From contig CALXLL010000002.1 in the NCBI GenBank assembly GCA_944389185.1, positions 19,004-83,003 on the forward strand: a stretch of 64,000 bases of DNA, written 5' to 3'. Of this stretch, positions 9,179 to 18,674 are shown piece by piece. The DNA is from an uncultured Alphaproteobacteria bacterium. Its GTDB lineage: Bacteria; Pseudomonadota; Alphaproteobacteria; Rs-D84. Each line of letters starts with the position of its first letter. Position 1 is the stretch's first letter. The position numbers were made by a program, and so were the translations under genes. The notes beneath the pieces are model-generated. The model worked only from the letters and a program-made list of their open reading frames with translations, was not told the DNA's origin and did no database searches.

Positions 9179-10225
9179 ATGAAAGTATGGATTGCGACCG
9201 GTGGAACAGGGGGACATGTTTTTCCTGCGCTTAGCGTTGCGCAAGAACTTGTTACTCGTGGGCACAAGGTAATAATTTCTTGTGATGGCAGAGTAAAAAA
9301 AATGGTGCAAGATGGGGCGCCTAAAAACGCTAAACTTGTTCATATATGGGCGTCTGGGGTGGGGGCTAAAAGTAAGATAAATCAATTATGGGCATTGTTT
9401 AAAATCGGGCTGTCTGCAGTTGCATTAAGTTTAAGATTTGCTGTTTTTAAACCAGATAGAATGGTTGCTTTTGGTGGGTATGCTTCTGTTCCGGCTGTTT
9501 TTGCGGCTCATTTATGGAAAGTGCCCACCTTCTTGCACGAGCAAAATGCTGCTATCGGACGTGCAAATAAGTTTTCTATGCGCTGGGTTAAAACTTTGAT
9601 GACAAGTTTTCCTGCGGTGTCTGGTGTTCCGGATAATACAGGTGCAAATGTTGTTTATACCGGTCTGCCCGTTCGTAAAGACTTTATAGAGCTGGCCGGA
9701 AAACCGATACCGAAAAAGTCAATGTTGCTTGTTACAGGTGGCTCGCTGGGGTCGCAGATACTTGATGAAATAGTTCCCCAAGCGGTCGTTCAAATGAAAA
9801 ATAAAAAATTATTTGTAATGCATCAGACAAGACCTGAAAACGTAAAATCTTTACAAAAGTTTTATGCTGATAATAAAATAAAAGCAAATGTTTTATCTTT
9901 TATTCATGATATGGCGTCTGCCATAGCTGAATCGGATTTAATAATTGGTCGCAGCGGTGCCAGCACGGTGATAGAGCTTGAAACAATAGGAAGGCCAGCA
10001 ATACTTGTTCCTTTAAATATAAATCCAGATCAGGCGGCGAATGCAGCAAGCTTTGCAAAGTTGGGCGGTGGATTTTCTGTTGCGCAGGAAAAGTTTACTG
10101 TTAAATGGTTGGCTTCTATTTTGTCGGAACTTTTTGATAATCCTTTAAGGCTTGAAAAGATGGCAAAAAAAGCTTGTGTAGAAAATAAAGCCGTTCAAAA
10201 GATATGTGATGAAGTGACAAAATAG
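9179..10225 (+). CDS. murG: UDP-N-acetylglucosamine--N-acetylmuramyl-(pentapeptide) pyrophosphoryl-undecaprenol GlcNAc transferase
   Basis: GGTGGHVFPALSVAQEL N-terminal motif, GT28 architecture and dcw context. Confidence 0.93.
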   Translation: MKVWIATGGTGGHVFPALSVAQELVTRGHKVIISCDGRVKKMVQDGAPKNAKLVHIWASGVGAKSKINQLWALFKIGLSAVALSLRFAVFKPDRMVAFGGYASVPAVFAAHLWKVPTFLHEQNAAIGRANKFSMRWVKTLMTSFPAVSGVPDNTGANVVYTGLPVRKDFIELAGKPIPKKSMLLVTGGSLGSQILDEIVPQAVVQMKNKKLFVMHQTRPENVKSLQKFYADNKIKANVLSFIHDMASAIAESDLIIGRSGASTVIELETIGRPAILVPLNINPDQAANAASFAKLGGGFSVAQEKFTVKWLASILSELFDNPLRLEKMAKKACVENKAVQKICDEVTK

Positions 10226-10295
10226 TAAAAGTTGCATTTTTCTGCTTGCGTGCGATTCGTAATTTGTTCTATTATACAAATGGAAGGAAAGGAAA

Positions 10296-11654
10296 ATGCG
10301 ACATATTACAGCTTCAATAATATCGCTTTTGGTTATATTACCGGCGTATGCGGACGCGCGTTTGCCGGTTGTTAATATTGCTGCCGGTGGCGTTTCTGCC
10401 AGGGCAGCCTTTGGGGAAGAAACCGCTGTTAAGACGGATGAAAAAAAAGCTGTAAAAAATAATTCTAATAATAATTCAACAAGACGCGTTGTATCAAGAG
10501 TCGCGACAAGTCCCGTAAAAAGAACTGATACTTCTATTCCTTCTTTTGATACAGGACAGCAAATATTTGCAAGTTCTGACGTTTTAAGTCCGCGCAGACC
10601 AAGCTCTGATTTGTGGGCGCGATCTGGTTCTGATGATATGGTTGAAGCGCCTTTGCGTTTACCAGAACCGCAAGAGTTTTCTGTTTTTCGCTCGGACGAA
10701 TTATTACCGGAAGAAAGTATTGATAAAAACTCTGTTGCTAGCAAGGTAGTTGCAAGAAACTCGCAATTAAATGATGCAACCGTTTCTAAACGTCCTGTTG
10801 TTCAGGCAGAACCTATGAGTCAGCTTGATGCAGAAATAGCAAGATTGACAGAATTGCAAAGACGTGCAGAAGCAAGCGTTTCTGATGAAGTATTTAAGGC
10901 AAATGCTGTTATTGCCCAAGCCGCAACAGAAAGTAAAGCTGCTGAATCGGTAAATGTAAAACAAGACAGAATTGCTAAAGTTCGTTCTGGTATGGACGAT
11001 GAAATAAGTTTAAGTAGAATGATAGTTCCTGTAGAAGATGATGTTATAGTTAGATCTGTGGAAAAAGCAAAATCGCCACAGGTTGTATCTGTTAGAAATG
11101 ATATGTCCAGTATGTCGCCAACGGAATTAAGAAAAGCGTTTAGAAAAACATTTTTGTCCGAGAACAAGCATTTGTCTACTTATCAAATAGATGACAGGTT
11201 TGACGTTGCCAGTGATATGGGTTCTTCTATGGAAGGTTTTACTGCGCGACGCGATTTGTCTGAAACAGGTGGTATCAGACCATTGGAAATCAAGATAAAG
11301 TTCCGTAATGACGATGCGGCTTTGTCGCGTGATAATTATAATTTGCTGGCGGAATATGCTGGTATTGTTTTAAGCAATCCAACGCGTGCAGTTCAAATAT
11401 CTATTCCGGAAAACGCTACAAGAAATTCGGACGACAGAAAGTTAGCAGCAAAAAGGTTGGCAATTGTAGAGCAGGTATTACGTGATGCGGGGATTTCTGA
11501 ATATCGTATTATGCCTGTTTTATCTCAGCGAGAAGAGGAAGGACTGGTTCTTAGAATGATTTCCAGTGACCAGTATGAAACATTAACTCAGCAAAAACGC
11601 GATATGTTTGGCGATTCTGTCAGCAAGAAAACTTACAAAAGTATGAGCTGGTAG
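10296..11654 (+). CDS. secreted protein with degenerate C-terminal OmpA/MotB-like domain
   Basis: Signal peptide (..LPAYADA/RLP) and a long low-complexity middle region. The C-terminus (IKFRNDDAALSRDNYNLLAEYAGIVLSNP...KLAAKRLAIVEQVLRDAGI) follows the OmpA_C pattern but lacks canonical residues. Confidence 0.45.
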   Translation: MRHITASIISLLVILPAYADARLPVVNIAAGGVSARAAFGEETAVKTDEKKAVKNNSNNNSTRRVVSRVATSPVKRTDTSIPSFDTGQQIFASSDVLSPRRPSSDLWARSGSDDMVEAPLRLPEPQEFSVFRSDELLPEESIDKNSVASKVVARNSQLNDATVSKRPVVQAEPMSQLDAEIARLTELQRRAEASVSDEVFKANAVIAQAATESKAAESVNVKQDRIAKVRSGMDDEISLSRMIVPVEDDVIVRSVEKAKSPQVVSVRNDMSSMSPTELRKAFRKTFLSENKHLSTYQIDDRFDVASDMGSSMEGFTARRDLSETGGIRPLEIKIKFRNDDAALSRDNYNLLAEYAGIVLSNPTRAVQISIPENATRNSDDRKLAAKRLAIVEQVLRDAGISEYRIMPVLSQREEEGLVLRMISSDQYETLTQQKRDMFGDSVSKKTYKSMSW

Positions 11655-11658
11655 TATC

Positions 11659-12405
11659 TTGTTTAAGTCGTCAAGTTTTTCTTTTAAAAGTATAAGCGAT
11701 TGTTTGTTAGATTTTCTTTTTCCTGCTTCTTGTGCTGTATGTGGTAAACCTGTTTCTAAAAATGGAGAACTTTGTCCAGATTGTTGGAAGTTGTTTGATT
11801 GGATATCAAGTCCGAAGTGTTATAAATGTGGCTATCCTTTTCCTGCTGATTTAGATTTAGATGATAAACCTTTGTGCCCTGTTTGTGCGGCAGGTAAGTC
11901 AGAACTGGATTTTATTCGTTCTGCATGTGTTTACAATGATATATCACGGGATGTGATTTTGCCTTTTAAGCATTCGGGACACATTTCTTATGCCAAGTTT
12001 ATGTCAAAATCAATGATAAACGCACTGCAAGATTTAAACTTAAAACCAGATGTTGTTTTACCTGTTCCATTGTCGCATCGGCGATTGTTTCATCGTGGAT
12101 ATAATCAAGCTGTTTTACTTGCGCGTGATATAGCAAGATTTTATGGTGTGGCTTTAGATTTTGATAGTGTTAAAAGGATTCATCGTCCTGATATGGGGCA
12201 TAAAAATGCAAAGCAAAGAGCAGAAAATATTGCAGGTGTTTTCAAAATCTTGAAGCCACATAATATAAAAGACAGAAATATTTTAATTGTTGATGATGTG
12301 ATGACAACCGGTGCAACGTTCGCAGAGTTATACAAAGTATTAAAGAAAGGCGGAGCGAATAAGGTTTATGGTGTGACTTTTGCCAGAGTTGTTAGAGCAA
12401 TTTAA
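11659..12405 (+). CDS. comF: ComF-family phosphoribosyltransferase-like competence protein
   Basis: N-terminal Cys4 (CAVCG..CPDCW; CYKCG..CPVC) plus the PRTase motif ILIVDDVMTTGAT. Confidence 0.85.
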   Translation: MFKSSSFSFKSISDCLLDFLFPASCAVCGKPVSKNGELCPDCWKLFDWISSPKCYKCGYPFPADLDLDDKPLCPVCAAGKSELDFIRSACVYNDISRDVILPFKHSGHISYAKFMSKSMINALQDLNLKPDVVLPVPLSHRRLFHRGYNQAVLLARDIARFYGVALDFDSVKRIHRPDMGHKNAKQRAENIAGVFKILKPHNIKDRNILIVDDVMTTGATFAELYKVLKKGGANKVYGVTFARVVRAI

Positions 12406-12758
12406 CTTTCCCTTTGATTCCCAAGATATTTTAACATATTAAAATTCATAGCTTGTTGTTCTTGCCTGATGATTTTTAAAGAGCATCTTTTGGCTAAGTT
12501 TTCCATAAAATATGCGGTTGTATTTTTTATGCTTTGTGACAGCAATGTTTTTGACGTTTTTAACGTTATTTCACCGTTTTCAATAAGTGCATATTGAACG
12601 GTCATATTAGTCAAATAAGATGTGACTAATTTAAAGTTACCGAAAAGTTCTGGTAAATCGTTTTCTATAAAATAAATCGTGCCAGTTTTAGAGTTTACTA
12701 CGGAAATAGTAGATATATCAATGATATCGCATAAAAACTCGAAATAGGCTTTGTTCAT
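12402..12758 (-). CDS. hypothetical protein (118 aa)
   Basis: ORF convergent with comF with a 4-nt overlap. No recognisable motif. Confidence 0.45.
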   Translation of the reverse strand: MNKAYFEFLCDIIDISTISVVNSKTGTIYFIENDLPELFGNFKLVTSYLTNMTVQYALIENGEITLKTSKTLLSQSIKNTTAYFMENLAKRCSLKIIRQEQQAMNFNMLKYLGNQRES

Positions 12759-12875
12759 TGTTTTTTACAATAATCAAAAAGTATAAAATTGTCAATTTTT
12801 TTATAAAATCAATCCTGTTGAAAAAGCATAAAATTTGATACAATATTGCAAAAATAAAAAACAAAAGAGATATCA

Positions 12876-13610
12876 ATGACAGATAAAATAGTAACGAAAA
12901 GAATATTACAAGCTTATCAATGTGATAGATATGGCAATGTCCGTCCTTTGATTTTAATGAATGAATTACAGGGCGTTGCGGACGGTCATGCCGAAATACT
13001 GGGTTGCGGTAGAACTTATCTGCTGGAGCATAATCTTGCTTGGGTAGTGACTCATTATTTAGTAGATATAATAGAAATGCCAAAGGAAGGTGAAGAGTTT
13101 ACGTTTACTTCATGGCCGTCTTCGCAGGATATCGTTCGTGCTACGCGTGATTTTGAAATACGCGGAGAAGATGGAAGATTGATGGTGCGCGCAACAAGTC
13201 AATGGGTTTTGATAGATATGGAAAAACGAAGACCTTTACGTTTGGACGGTGATTTGCCTTTATGGTCTGTTATACCTGAAAGGGCTTGGGATAGAAAGTT
13301 TGAAAAGTTTCCTGATTTTGAAGCTACGAAAACTCACACTTTTAAGTGCAGATTTGATGATATAGACGTAAACCAGCATATAAATAACGCTGTATATGCG
13401 GTTTGGGCAACGGAAAGCGTCGGTTATGTTTATAGAAACCAGCATCAATTAAAAAGAATAGAGCTGAATTTTAAGAAAGAAATTAGTCCGGATAATCCGG
13501 AAGTTCAGGTAGATGTAGCAATAGATGGTTTGGTTTCAAGACATAAAATAAGAACGGGTGAAACCGAACATGCAAACGTAATATGTTATTGGGAAGAAAA
13601 TAAAGATTAA
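12876..13610 (+). CDS. acyl-ACP thioesterase (FatA/FatB-type double hot-dog)
   Basis: YQCDRYGNVRPLILMNELQGVADGHAE..LAWVVTHY.. and the second half DVNQHINNAVY.. resemble the Acyl-ACP_TE family. Confidence 0.7.
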   Translation: MTDKIVTKRILQAYQCDRYGNVRPLILMNELQGVADGHAEILGCGRTYLLEHNLAWVVTHYLVDIIEMPKEGEEFTFTSWPSSQDIVRATRDFEIRGEDGRLMVRATSQWVLIDMEKRRPLRLDGDLPLWSVIPERAWDRKFEKFPDFEATKTHTFKCRFDDIDVNQHINNAVYAVWATESVGYVYRNQHQLKRIELNFKKEISPDNPEVQVDVAIDGLVSRHKIRTGETEHANVICYWEENKD

Positions 13611-13637
13611 AAAAAAACCGCGGTTGCGGTTTTTTAT
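13609..13637. terminator. bidirectional rho-independent terminator between the thioesterase gene and rpmH
   Basis: AAAAAAAACCGCGGTTGCGGTTTTTTATTT: a 5-bp GC stem flanked by an A-run and a T-run. Confidence 0.7.
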
Positions 13638-13786
13638 TTAACTGCGTTAACGGCCAATCTTTTACGGCCAGCTGCGCGACGGCGGCTTAAAACTTCACGA
13701 CCGCCTTTAGTAGCCATTCTTTCACGAAAGCCGTGTGTGCGAACACGACGAGTTTTAGAAGGTTGATAAGTTCTTTTTGTTGCCAT
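13634..13786 (-). CDS. rpmH: 50S ribosomal protein L34
   Basis: Manual translation gives [50 protein letters not shown] (50 aa), below the ORF-track cutoff. This is the canonical L34 sequence. Confidence 0.93.
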   Translation of the reverse strand: MATKRTYQPSKTRRVRTHGFRERMATKGGREVLSRRRAAGRKRLAVNAVK

Positions 13787-14012
13787 ATCTAAATCCTTTT
13801 GTGCGTATATTTAATCATACCTTTTATAAAAACGCAACTATTTTATTTCGCTTTTATGATACCAAGTTGTTTTAAAGCTTCTAAACATAGATAGTATGTA
13901 AATAAAGCTGCAAACAATTTCCATATAGGAAGAAACATTTTTTTGCCTTTTATATTGATTATGATTATATCACAAAGTGTTATTTTGTCAATGTTTTTTT
14001 TGGGTTTATTCC

Positions 14013-14042
14013 TTGACCGAACGATTAAAAATTTGCTATTCT
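14013..14042 (+). promoter_or_regulatory. candidate sigma70-type promoter for gyrA
   Basis: TTGACC (14013-14018), N18, TATTCT (14037-14042), about 30 nt upstream of the gyrA ATG. Confidence 0.3.
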
Positions 14043-14072
14043 TTATATGTTAAAAATAGGGGAAAATTAAGT

Positions 14073-16814
14073 ATGTCAGAAACAAGCAATTTTAACGAAG
14101 TAAGCGAAATCAAAATCCCGCAATCTTCCATTGAACATGAAATGCGAACAAGTTTTTTAGATTATGCTATGTCGGTTATCGTTGATCGTGCGTTGCCCGA
14201 CGTTCGTGACGGATGCAAACCAGTGCATCGCAGAATATTATACGTTATGAATGACGTTGCGCCGGCAAATAAGCCAACAGTAAAATCGGCCAGAATTGTC
14301 GGTGATGTTATGGGTAAATATCATCCGCATGGTGATAGCTCTATTTATGAAGCTATGGCTCGTATGGCGCAGGACTTTTCCATGGGTGAAATGCTTGTTC
14401 AGGGGCAAGGTAATTTTGGTTCTCGTGACGGGGATAAACCCGCTGCTATGCGTTATACCGAGGCCAGATTATCTAAGCTGGGTGCCACTTTGATGGAGGA
14501 TATGGATAAGGATACTGTTGACTGGCAACCTAACTTTGACGGAACTTTACAAGAACCTGTTGTTTTGCCGACTAAGTTTCCTAACTTTTTGGTAAATGGT
14601 GGTTCTGGTATCGCTGTTGGTATGGCGACAAACGTCCCTACTTATAACCTAGGTGAAGTATGTAACGGTATTTTAGCTATACTGGATAATGAAAATATTT
14701 CTGACGACGAATTGTTTAGTATTATTCCTGGGCCTGATTTTCCAACGGGGGCTGTAATTATGGGCAGGGCTGGTGCTTATAAAGCTCATACTACTGGTCG
14801 CGGTTCAATTATAGTTCGTGCAAAGACTCATATGGAAAGTTTTCATGATCACGAAGCGATTGTTGTGGATGAAATACCGTATCAGGTAAATAAATCTCAA
14901 CTTATTATAAAGATTGCGGAGTTAAGTAAAGACAAACGCATAGAAGGTATATCAGAAATAAGGGATGAATCTTCAAAAGAAGGTTTGCGAATAGTGATAG
15001 AGCTGAAACGTGATGCGATTCCGGATGTTGTTCTTAATCAGCTTTTCCAATATACAGAAATGCAAACTAATTTCCCTGTTAATATGATGGCGTTAAATCG
15101 CGGTCGTCCTATGTTGTTTAATATTCGCGGTGTCTTGGACGCGTTCATAGAGTTTAGAACCGAAGTAATTCGTCGTCGCACGATATTTGATTTAAATAAA
15201 GCAAGAAATCGTGCACATACATTGCTTGGGTTGTCTGTGGCCGTTGGTAATTTAGACGAAGTGATAGAGCTTATAAAATCAAGTGCTAATCCGGATGATG
15301 CGCGTGAAGGTTTGATGTCTCGTGGTTGGAAGGCTTCCGACATAGAATCTTATATTCAGCTGATTGATGACCCTAACACAGAATATAAAGATGGTTTGTT
15401 CTATATGTCCGAAGACCAGGCAAAAGCCATTTTGGAACTTCAACTACATCGTTTGACGGGGTTAGAACGCGATAAAATACACGACGATTTAACCGAGCTT
15501 GGTGCATTGATTAAAGACTTGTTAGATATTTTGGGCAGTCACGAAAGAATTGTTCAGATAATACGCGAAGAAACTACGTCTGTTCGTGATAACTGGTCCA
15601 GTGCCAGAAGAACGGAAATATCTGATGCAGAAATTGATATTGATATAGAAGACTTGATTGCTCGTGAAGATATGGTTATAACGGTTTCAAATACTGGTTA
15701 TATCAAGCGGGTTTCTTTGGATACGTATCGTGCACAAAAGCGCGGTGGTAAAGGTCGTAACGCTATGACTACGAAAGATGACGATTATGTTGTTCAAGTA
15801 TTCGTAGCAAATACTCATACACCGCTTTTGTTCTTCAGTTCCAAGGGGTTGTGCTATAAGTTAAAGACTTATAAATTACCAGAAGCAGCAGCTGCTGCAA
15901 AAGGAAGGCCGTTGGTTAACTTATTGCCGCTGGAAAATGGTGAGACTATAACCGCTATATTGCCGGTCCCAGAAGAAGACGTTGAAAGAGTAAAGCAGTC
16001 AGGTAAAGAACATTTCTTAATGTTTGCGACTGCATCTGGCACAGTTCGTCGCAATCGTATGTCTGATTTTGATTCTATTCGTGCGAACGGTAAAATCGCA
16101 ATGAAGCTGGATGATGGGGACAGCTTGATTTCCGTTCTCCCGTGTAACGAAGATCAAGATGTATTCTTATCTACTTATCGCGGTCGTTGTATCAGATTCC
16201 CTGTTTCAGAAATTCGCATATTTGCCGGAAGAAACTCAACCGGTGTTCGCGGAATGTCTTTGGGAAAAGACGACAGAATAATCGGTATGGCTATGTTGAA
16301 TCACGGTGAATCTGATGCTGCCGTTCGTGCTGCTTACATTAAACAAAGCAGGGCGGCTCGTCGTGCCGAAACGGGAATAGAAGAAGAGGCAGATGCAGAA
16401 GAAGAAACAACTAACTTGGTATTGGACGAAGCAAAAATGGCAGAAATGGCAAAAACAGAAGAGTTTATCTTGACTATTTCTGAAAACGGCTTTGGTAAAA
16501 GAACAAGTTCTTATGAATACCGCACTACGCATCGTGGAGGTGGTGGGTTTACAAATATAAAGCTTGGAGGTAAGAATACAGCCGTTGCAGGTTCTTTCCC
16601 AGTTAAAGAAGATAACGATATAATTATGGTAACAGACGGCGGAAAGATAATAAGAACGCCAGTCAAAGACGTTAGAATAGCAGGTCGTTCAACTGCTGGT
16701 GTAACTTTATTCCGCACCGCAGAAAATGAAAAAGTAGTATCTGCGATATCAATCGTCAGTGAAGAAGCTGAAGAAAAAGAAGTAGAAACGGAAGTTGCGG
16801 AACAGCAAGAATAA
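14073..16814 (+). CDS. gyrA: DNA gyrase subunit A
   Basis: The ATG at 14073 (MSETSNF..) is preceded by AGGGGAAAA. Motifs [17 protein letters not shown] and [11 protein letters not shown]-terminal beta-pinwheel with acidic tail. The track start at 13977 is an upstream extension. Confidence 0.96.
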   Translation: MSETSNFNEVSEIKIPQSSIEHEMRTSFLDYAMSVIVDRALPDVRDGCKPVHRRILYVMNDVAPANKPTVKSARIVGDVMGKYHPHGDSSIYEAMARMAQDFSMGEMLVQGQGNFGSRDGDKPAAMRYTEARLSKLGATLMEDMDKDTVDWQPNFDGTLQEPVVLPTKFPNFLVNGGSGIAVGMATNVPTYNLGEVCNGILAILDNENISDDELFSIIPGPDFPTGAVIMGRAGAYKAHTTGRGSIIVRAKTHMESFHDHEAIVVDEIPYQVNKSQLIIKIAELSKDKRIEGISEIRDESSKEGLRIVIELKRDAIPDVVLNQLFQYTEMQTNFPVNMMALNRGRPMLFNIRGVLDAFIEFRTEVIRRRTIFDLNKARNRAHTLLGLSVAVGNLDEVIELIKSSANPDDAREGLMSRGWKASDIESYIQLIDDPNTEYKDGLFYMSEDQAKAILELQLHRLTGLERDKIHDDLTELGALIKDLLDILGSHERIVQIIREETTSVRDNWSSARRTEISDAEIDIDIEDLIAREDMVITVSNTGYIKRVSLDTYRAQKRGGKGRNAMTTKDDDYVVQVFVANTHTPLLFFSSKGLCYKLKTYKLPEAAAAAKGRPLVNLLPLENGETITAILPVPEEDVERVKQSGKEHFLMFATASGTVRRNRMSDFDSIRANGKIAMKLDDGDSLISVLPCNEDQDVFLSTYRGRCIRFPVSEIRIFAGRNSTGVRGMSLGKDDRIIGMAMLNHGESDAAVRAAYIKQSRAARRAETGIEEEADAEEETTNLVLDEAKMAEMAKTEEFILTISENGFGKRTSSYEYRTTHRGGGGFTNIKLGGKNTAVAGSFPVKEDNDIIMVTDGGKIIRTPVKDVRIAGRSTAGVTLFRTAENEKVVSAISIVSEEAEEKEVETEVAEQQE

Positions 16815-16830
16815 TAAAAGGAAAGTCGGT

Positions 16831-17205
16831 ATGGATAATGAATATTTTGCATCTATAAACGAAGTGTCAAAACGGATGTCTGTGCCGGCTTATACTTTAC
16901 GTTATTGGGAAAAGCAATTTCCTGCGGTTATTAAGCCTACGACTGGGGCTGGGGGCAGAAGGTATTATAGAACGGAAGTTCTTGCAAAATTATTCGTTGT
17001 TAAAGAGCTTTTATACGGTCGCGGTATGACGATTGCCGGCGTAAAAAAGATGATAAAAGATGGCACTTTTCCAAACGATATTTCAGATTTGAATAAGGAA
17101 GTTGCGACAAATAAAGATGCACCGATTGTTTCAAGGTCTGAGTATGGCAAGGATATAGAGCTGGTCATAGGTTTGCTGGAACAAGCGAAAAAGTTATTAA
17201 ATTAA
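16831..17205 (+). CDS. MerR-family transcriptional regulator
   Basis: INEVSKRMSVPAYTLRYWEKQF...GGRRYY is a MerR HTH signature. Start taken at ATG 16831 with an AAAGGAAAG RBS. Confidence 0.8.
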   Translation: MDNEYFASINEVSKRMSVPAYTLRYWEKQFPAVIKPTTGAGGRRYYRTEVLAKLFVVKELLYGRGMTIAGVKKMIKDGTFPNDISDLNKEVATNKDAPIVSRSEYGKDIELVIGLLEQAKKLLN

Positions 17206-17214
17206 GGTTTGGTT

Positions 17215-17790
17215 ATGAAAAAAACATTAATAATTTATGCTCATCCTTATAAGAAAAGTTTTAACCATGCGATATTGATGAAAGTAAGCGAGGTTATGAA
17301 TAAAAAAGGATGTCAGTTTGATATAATAGATTTGTATAAAGATAATTTTAATCCTGCATATTCTGCTGCAGAATTAGCTTTGTTCAGTCAAGGTAAGACG
17401 CAAGACCCTTTGGTAAAGAAATATCAAAAGAAATTATTGCAAGCCGAAAAGATAATATTCATATTTCCAATTTGGTGGAGCAGTCAGCCGGCAATAATCA
17501 AAGGTTTTTTTGATAAGGTAATGAAACAAAAGTTTGCTTATACTGCAACAAAGTCAGGTATTAAAGGAAATCTTGATAATATAAAGGAAGCGATTATTAT
17601 AACGACATCTACGTCACCGACTTGGTATTTAAAATATTTTTGTGGTAATTTTATAAACAAGGTATTTATAAAATCTATGCTTAAACAAATCGGAGTAAAA
17701 AGTGGCAAGTGGATTAATTGTGAAAAGGTGAATATTGTATCTGATGAGATTAGACAGATTTTTTTAGATTCTTTGGAAAAAAAGCTTTAA
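17215..17790 (+). CDS. flavodoxin-like-fold NAD(P)H (quinone) oxidoreductase
   Basis: MKKTLIIYAHPYKKSFNHA.. and ..IFIFPIWWSSQPAIIKGFFDKV.. are typical of the NQO/KefF/YwrO-type family. Confidence 0.75.
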   Translation: MKKTLIIYAHPYKKSFNHAILMKVSEVMNKKGCQFDIIDLYKDNFNPAYSAAELALFSQGKTQDPLVKKYQKKLLQAEKIIFIFPIWWSSQPAIIKGFFDKVMKQKFAYTATKSGIKGNLDNIKEAIIITTSTSPTWYLKYFCGNFINKVFIKSMLKQIGVKSGKWINCEKVNIVSDEIRQIFLDSLEKKL

Positions 17791-17816
17791 AAAAAACGCC
17801 CAATGGGCGTTTTTTA
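17790..17816. terminator. bidirectional rho-independent terminator
   Basis: AAAAAAAACGCCCAATGGGCGTTTTTT lies between convergent genes. Confidence 0.8.
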
Positions 17817-18404
17817 ACGAGACAATTCGTTTAATTTTTTCTTATGCATATTTATAAACTTTTCATGCATTTTTCGTTGCATAAGTTTATAATTTTCTTG
17901 TGCACGTTGTTTTGTAGAAGTTTGCAATATTTTTGCACGATTTGCACTATCTTGCTTTAATTGGTTGATATAGTTTTCTTGATTCTGCATATTTTGTGTT
18001 GCAATTTCCAAAGTTTTATCATTAGAAATATATTCGTTCATCAAGCTGTCTTTTACTTTTGCAAACTCTTCGTTCATCTGGTTTAGTTTATTTTGGGCAT
18101 CTGTGTATTTTTCAGAGTTTGCTTTTTGCATATTTTTTTCTATATCATACATTTGATTTCTTTTTTCTTGCAGTAAATCACTGTATTCGGCAAAGTCTGC
18201 CGCTTCTTTAACAGATTTTTCTTGCTGTAAAGCAAATTGATCTTGTAAATAAGCTAAATATATACGTGCATTTTCTAATTCCTTGGACTTGTCTTGCGGC
18301 ACGTTTGCATTAGCGACCGAATAAAACGCAATAAGGTATAATACAGTGCCCAAGCCTGCACCTGTTAATACTGTATATAAAGATTTTTTTATGTTTTTAT
18401 TCAT
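17814..18404 (-). CDS. membrane-anchored coiled-coil protein (hypothetical)
   Basis: N-terminal TM (LYTVLTGAGLGTVLYLIAFY), then about 150 aa of Q/E/K-rich heptad-like sequence. Confidence 0.55.
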   Translation of the reverse strand: MNKNIKKSLYTVLTGAGLGTVLYLIAFYSVANANVPQDKSKELENARIYLAYLQDQFALQQEKSVKEAADFAEYSDLLQEKRNQMYDIEKNMQKANSEKYTDAQNKLNQMNEEFAKVKDSLMNEYISNDKTLEIATQNMQNQENYINQLKQDSANRAKILQTSTKQRAQENYKLMQRKMHEKFINMHKKKLNELSR

Positions 18405-18492
18405 AATTATTCCCTCTTGTTATTATTTACACATTATTATATAATACAAAAATATATATTGTCAAGAGCCGAAACAAAAAAATAAATATTTT

Positions 18493-18568
18493 TGGCAGTC
18501 CCAACGGGAATCGAACCCGTGTTTTCAGAATGAGAATCTGACGTCCTAGACCGCTAGACGATGGGACC
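18493..18568 (-). tRNA. tRNA-Glu (anticodon CUC)
   Basis: Manual fold of GGTCCCATCGTCTAGCGGTCTAGGACGTCAGATTCTCATTCTGAAAACACGGGTTCGATTCCCGTTGGGACTGCCA. Acceptor GGTCCCA/TGGGACT with a G1-U72 wobble, anticodon stem TCAGA/TCTGA, loop TTCTCAT, T-arm ACGGG-TTCGATT-CCCGT, encoded CCA. Confidence 0.8.
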
Positions 18569-18674
18569 AAGCGCTCATATTCTATATGTTAAATATCAAA
18601 ATATCAATTAACTTTTTCGTATTTGACAAAATAATTTTATGATATTAAAGTCTTAAGGCTTTAAGAGGGCTTTT

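Noticed and set aside
10145-10744. 199-aa minus-strand ORF overlapping the murG 3' end and the 5' third of the OmpA-like gene.
   Set aside because: It is antisense to two better-supported genes. Its product is low-complexity and Ser/Leu-rich with no motifs or RBS, which is typical shadow-ORF behaviour.
12718-13083. 121-aa minus-strand ORF overlapping the start of the acyl-ACP thioesterase gene and the upstream spacer.
   Set aside because: It overlaps a motif-supported + strand gene. It is hydrophobic and low-complexity because it reads through AT-rich intergenic DNA, and it has no RBS.
13787-14072. Looked for oriC features (DnaA boxes TTATCCACA, AT-rich 13-mers) in the rpmH-gyrA divergent spacer, since rpmH often lies near dnaA/oriC.
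   Set aside because: No convincing DnaA-box matches were seen; the nearest, TTATATCACA, has an extra base. dnaA, rnpA and dnaN are absent from the window, so rpmH is simply an isolated gene here.
13977-14072. N-terminal extensions given by the ORF track for gyrA (13977), the VirB6-like gene (1378), the PBP5-like gene (36432), lspA (40898), plsX (61529), secE (49062) and others.
   Set aside because: The extensions start at non-ATG codons in AT-rich spacer or overlap terminators or tRNA-Trp. Internal ATGs with Shine-Dalgarno sequences give N-termini matching the conserved families.
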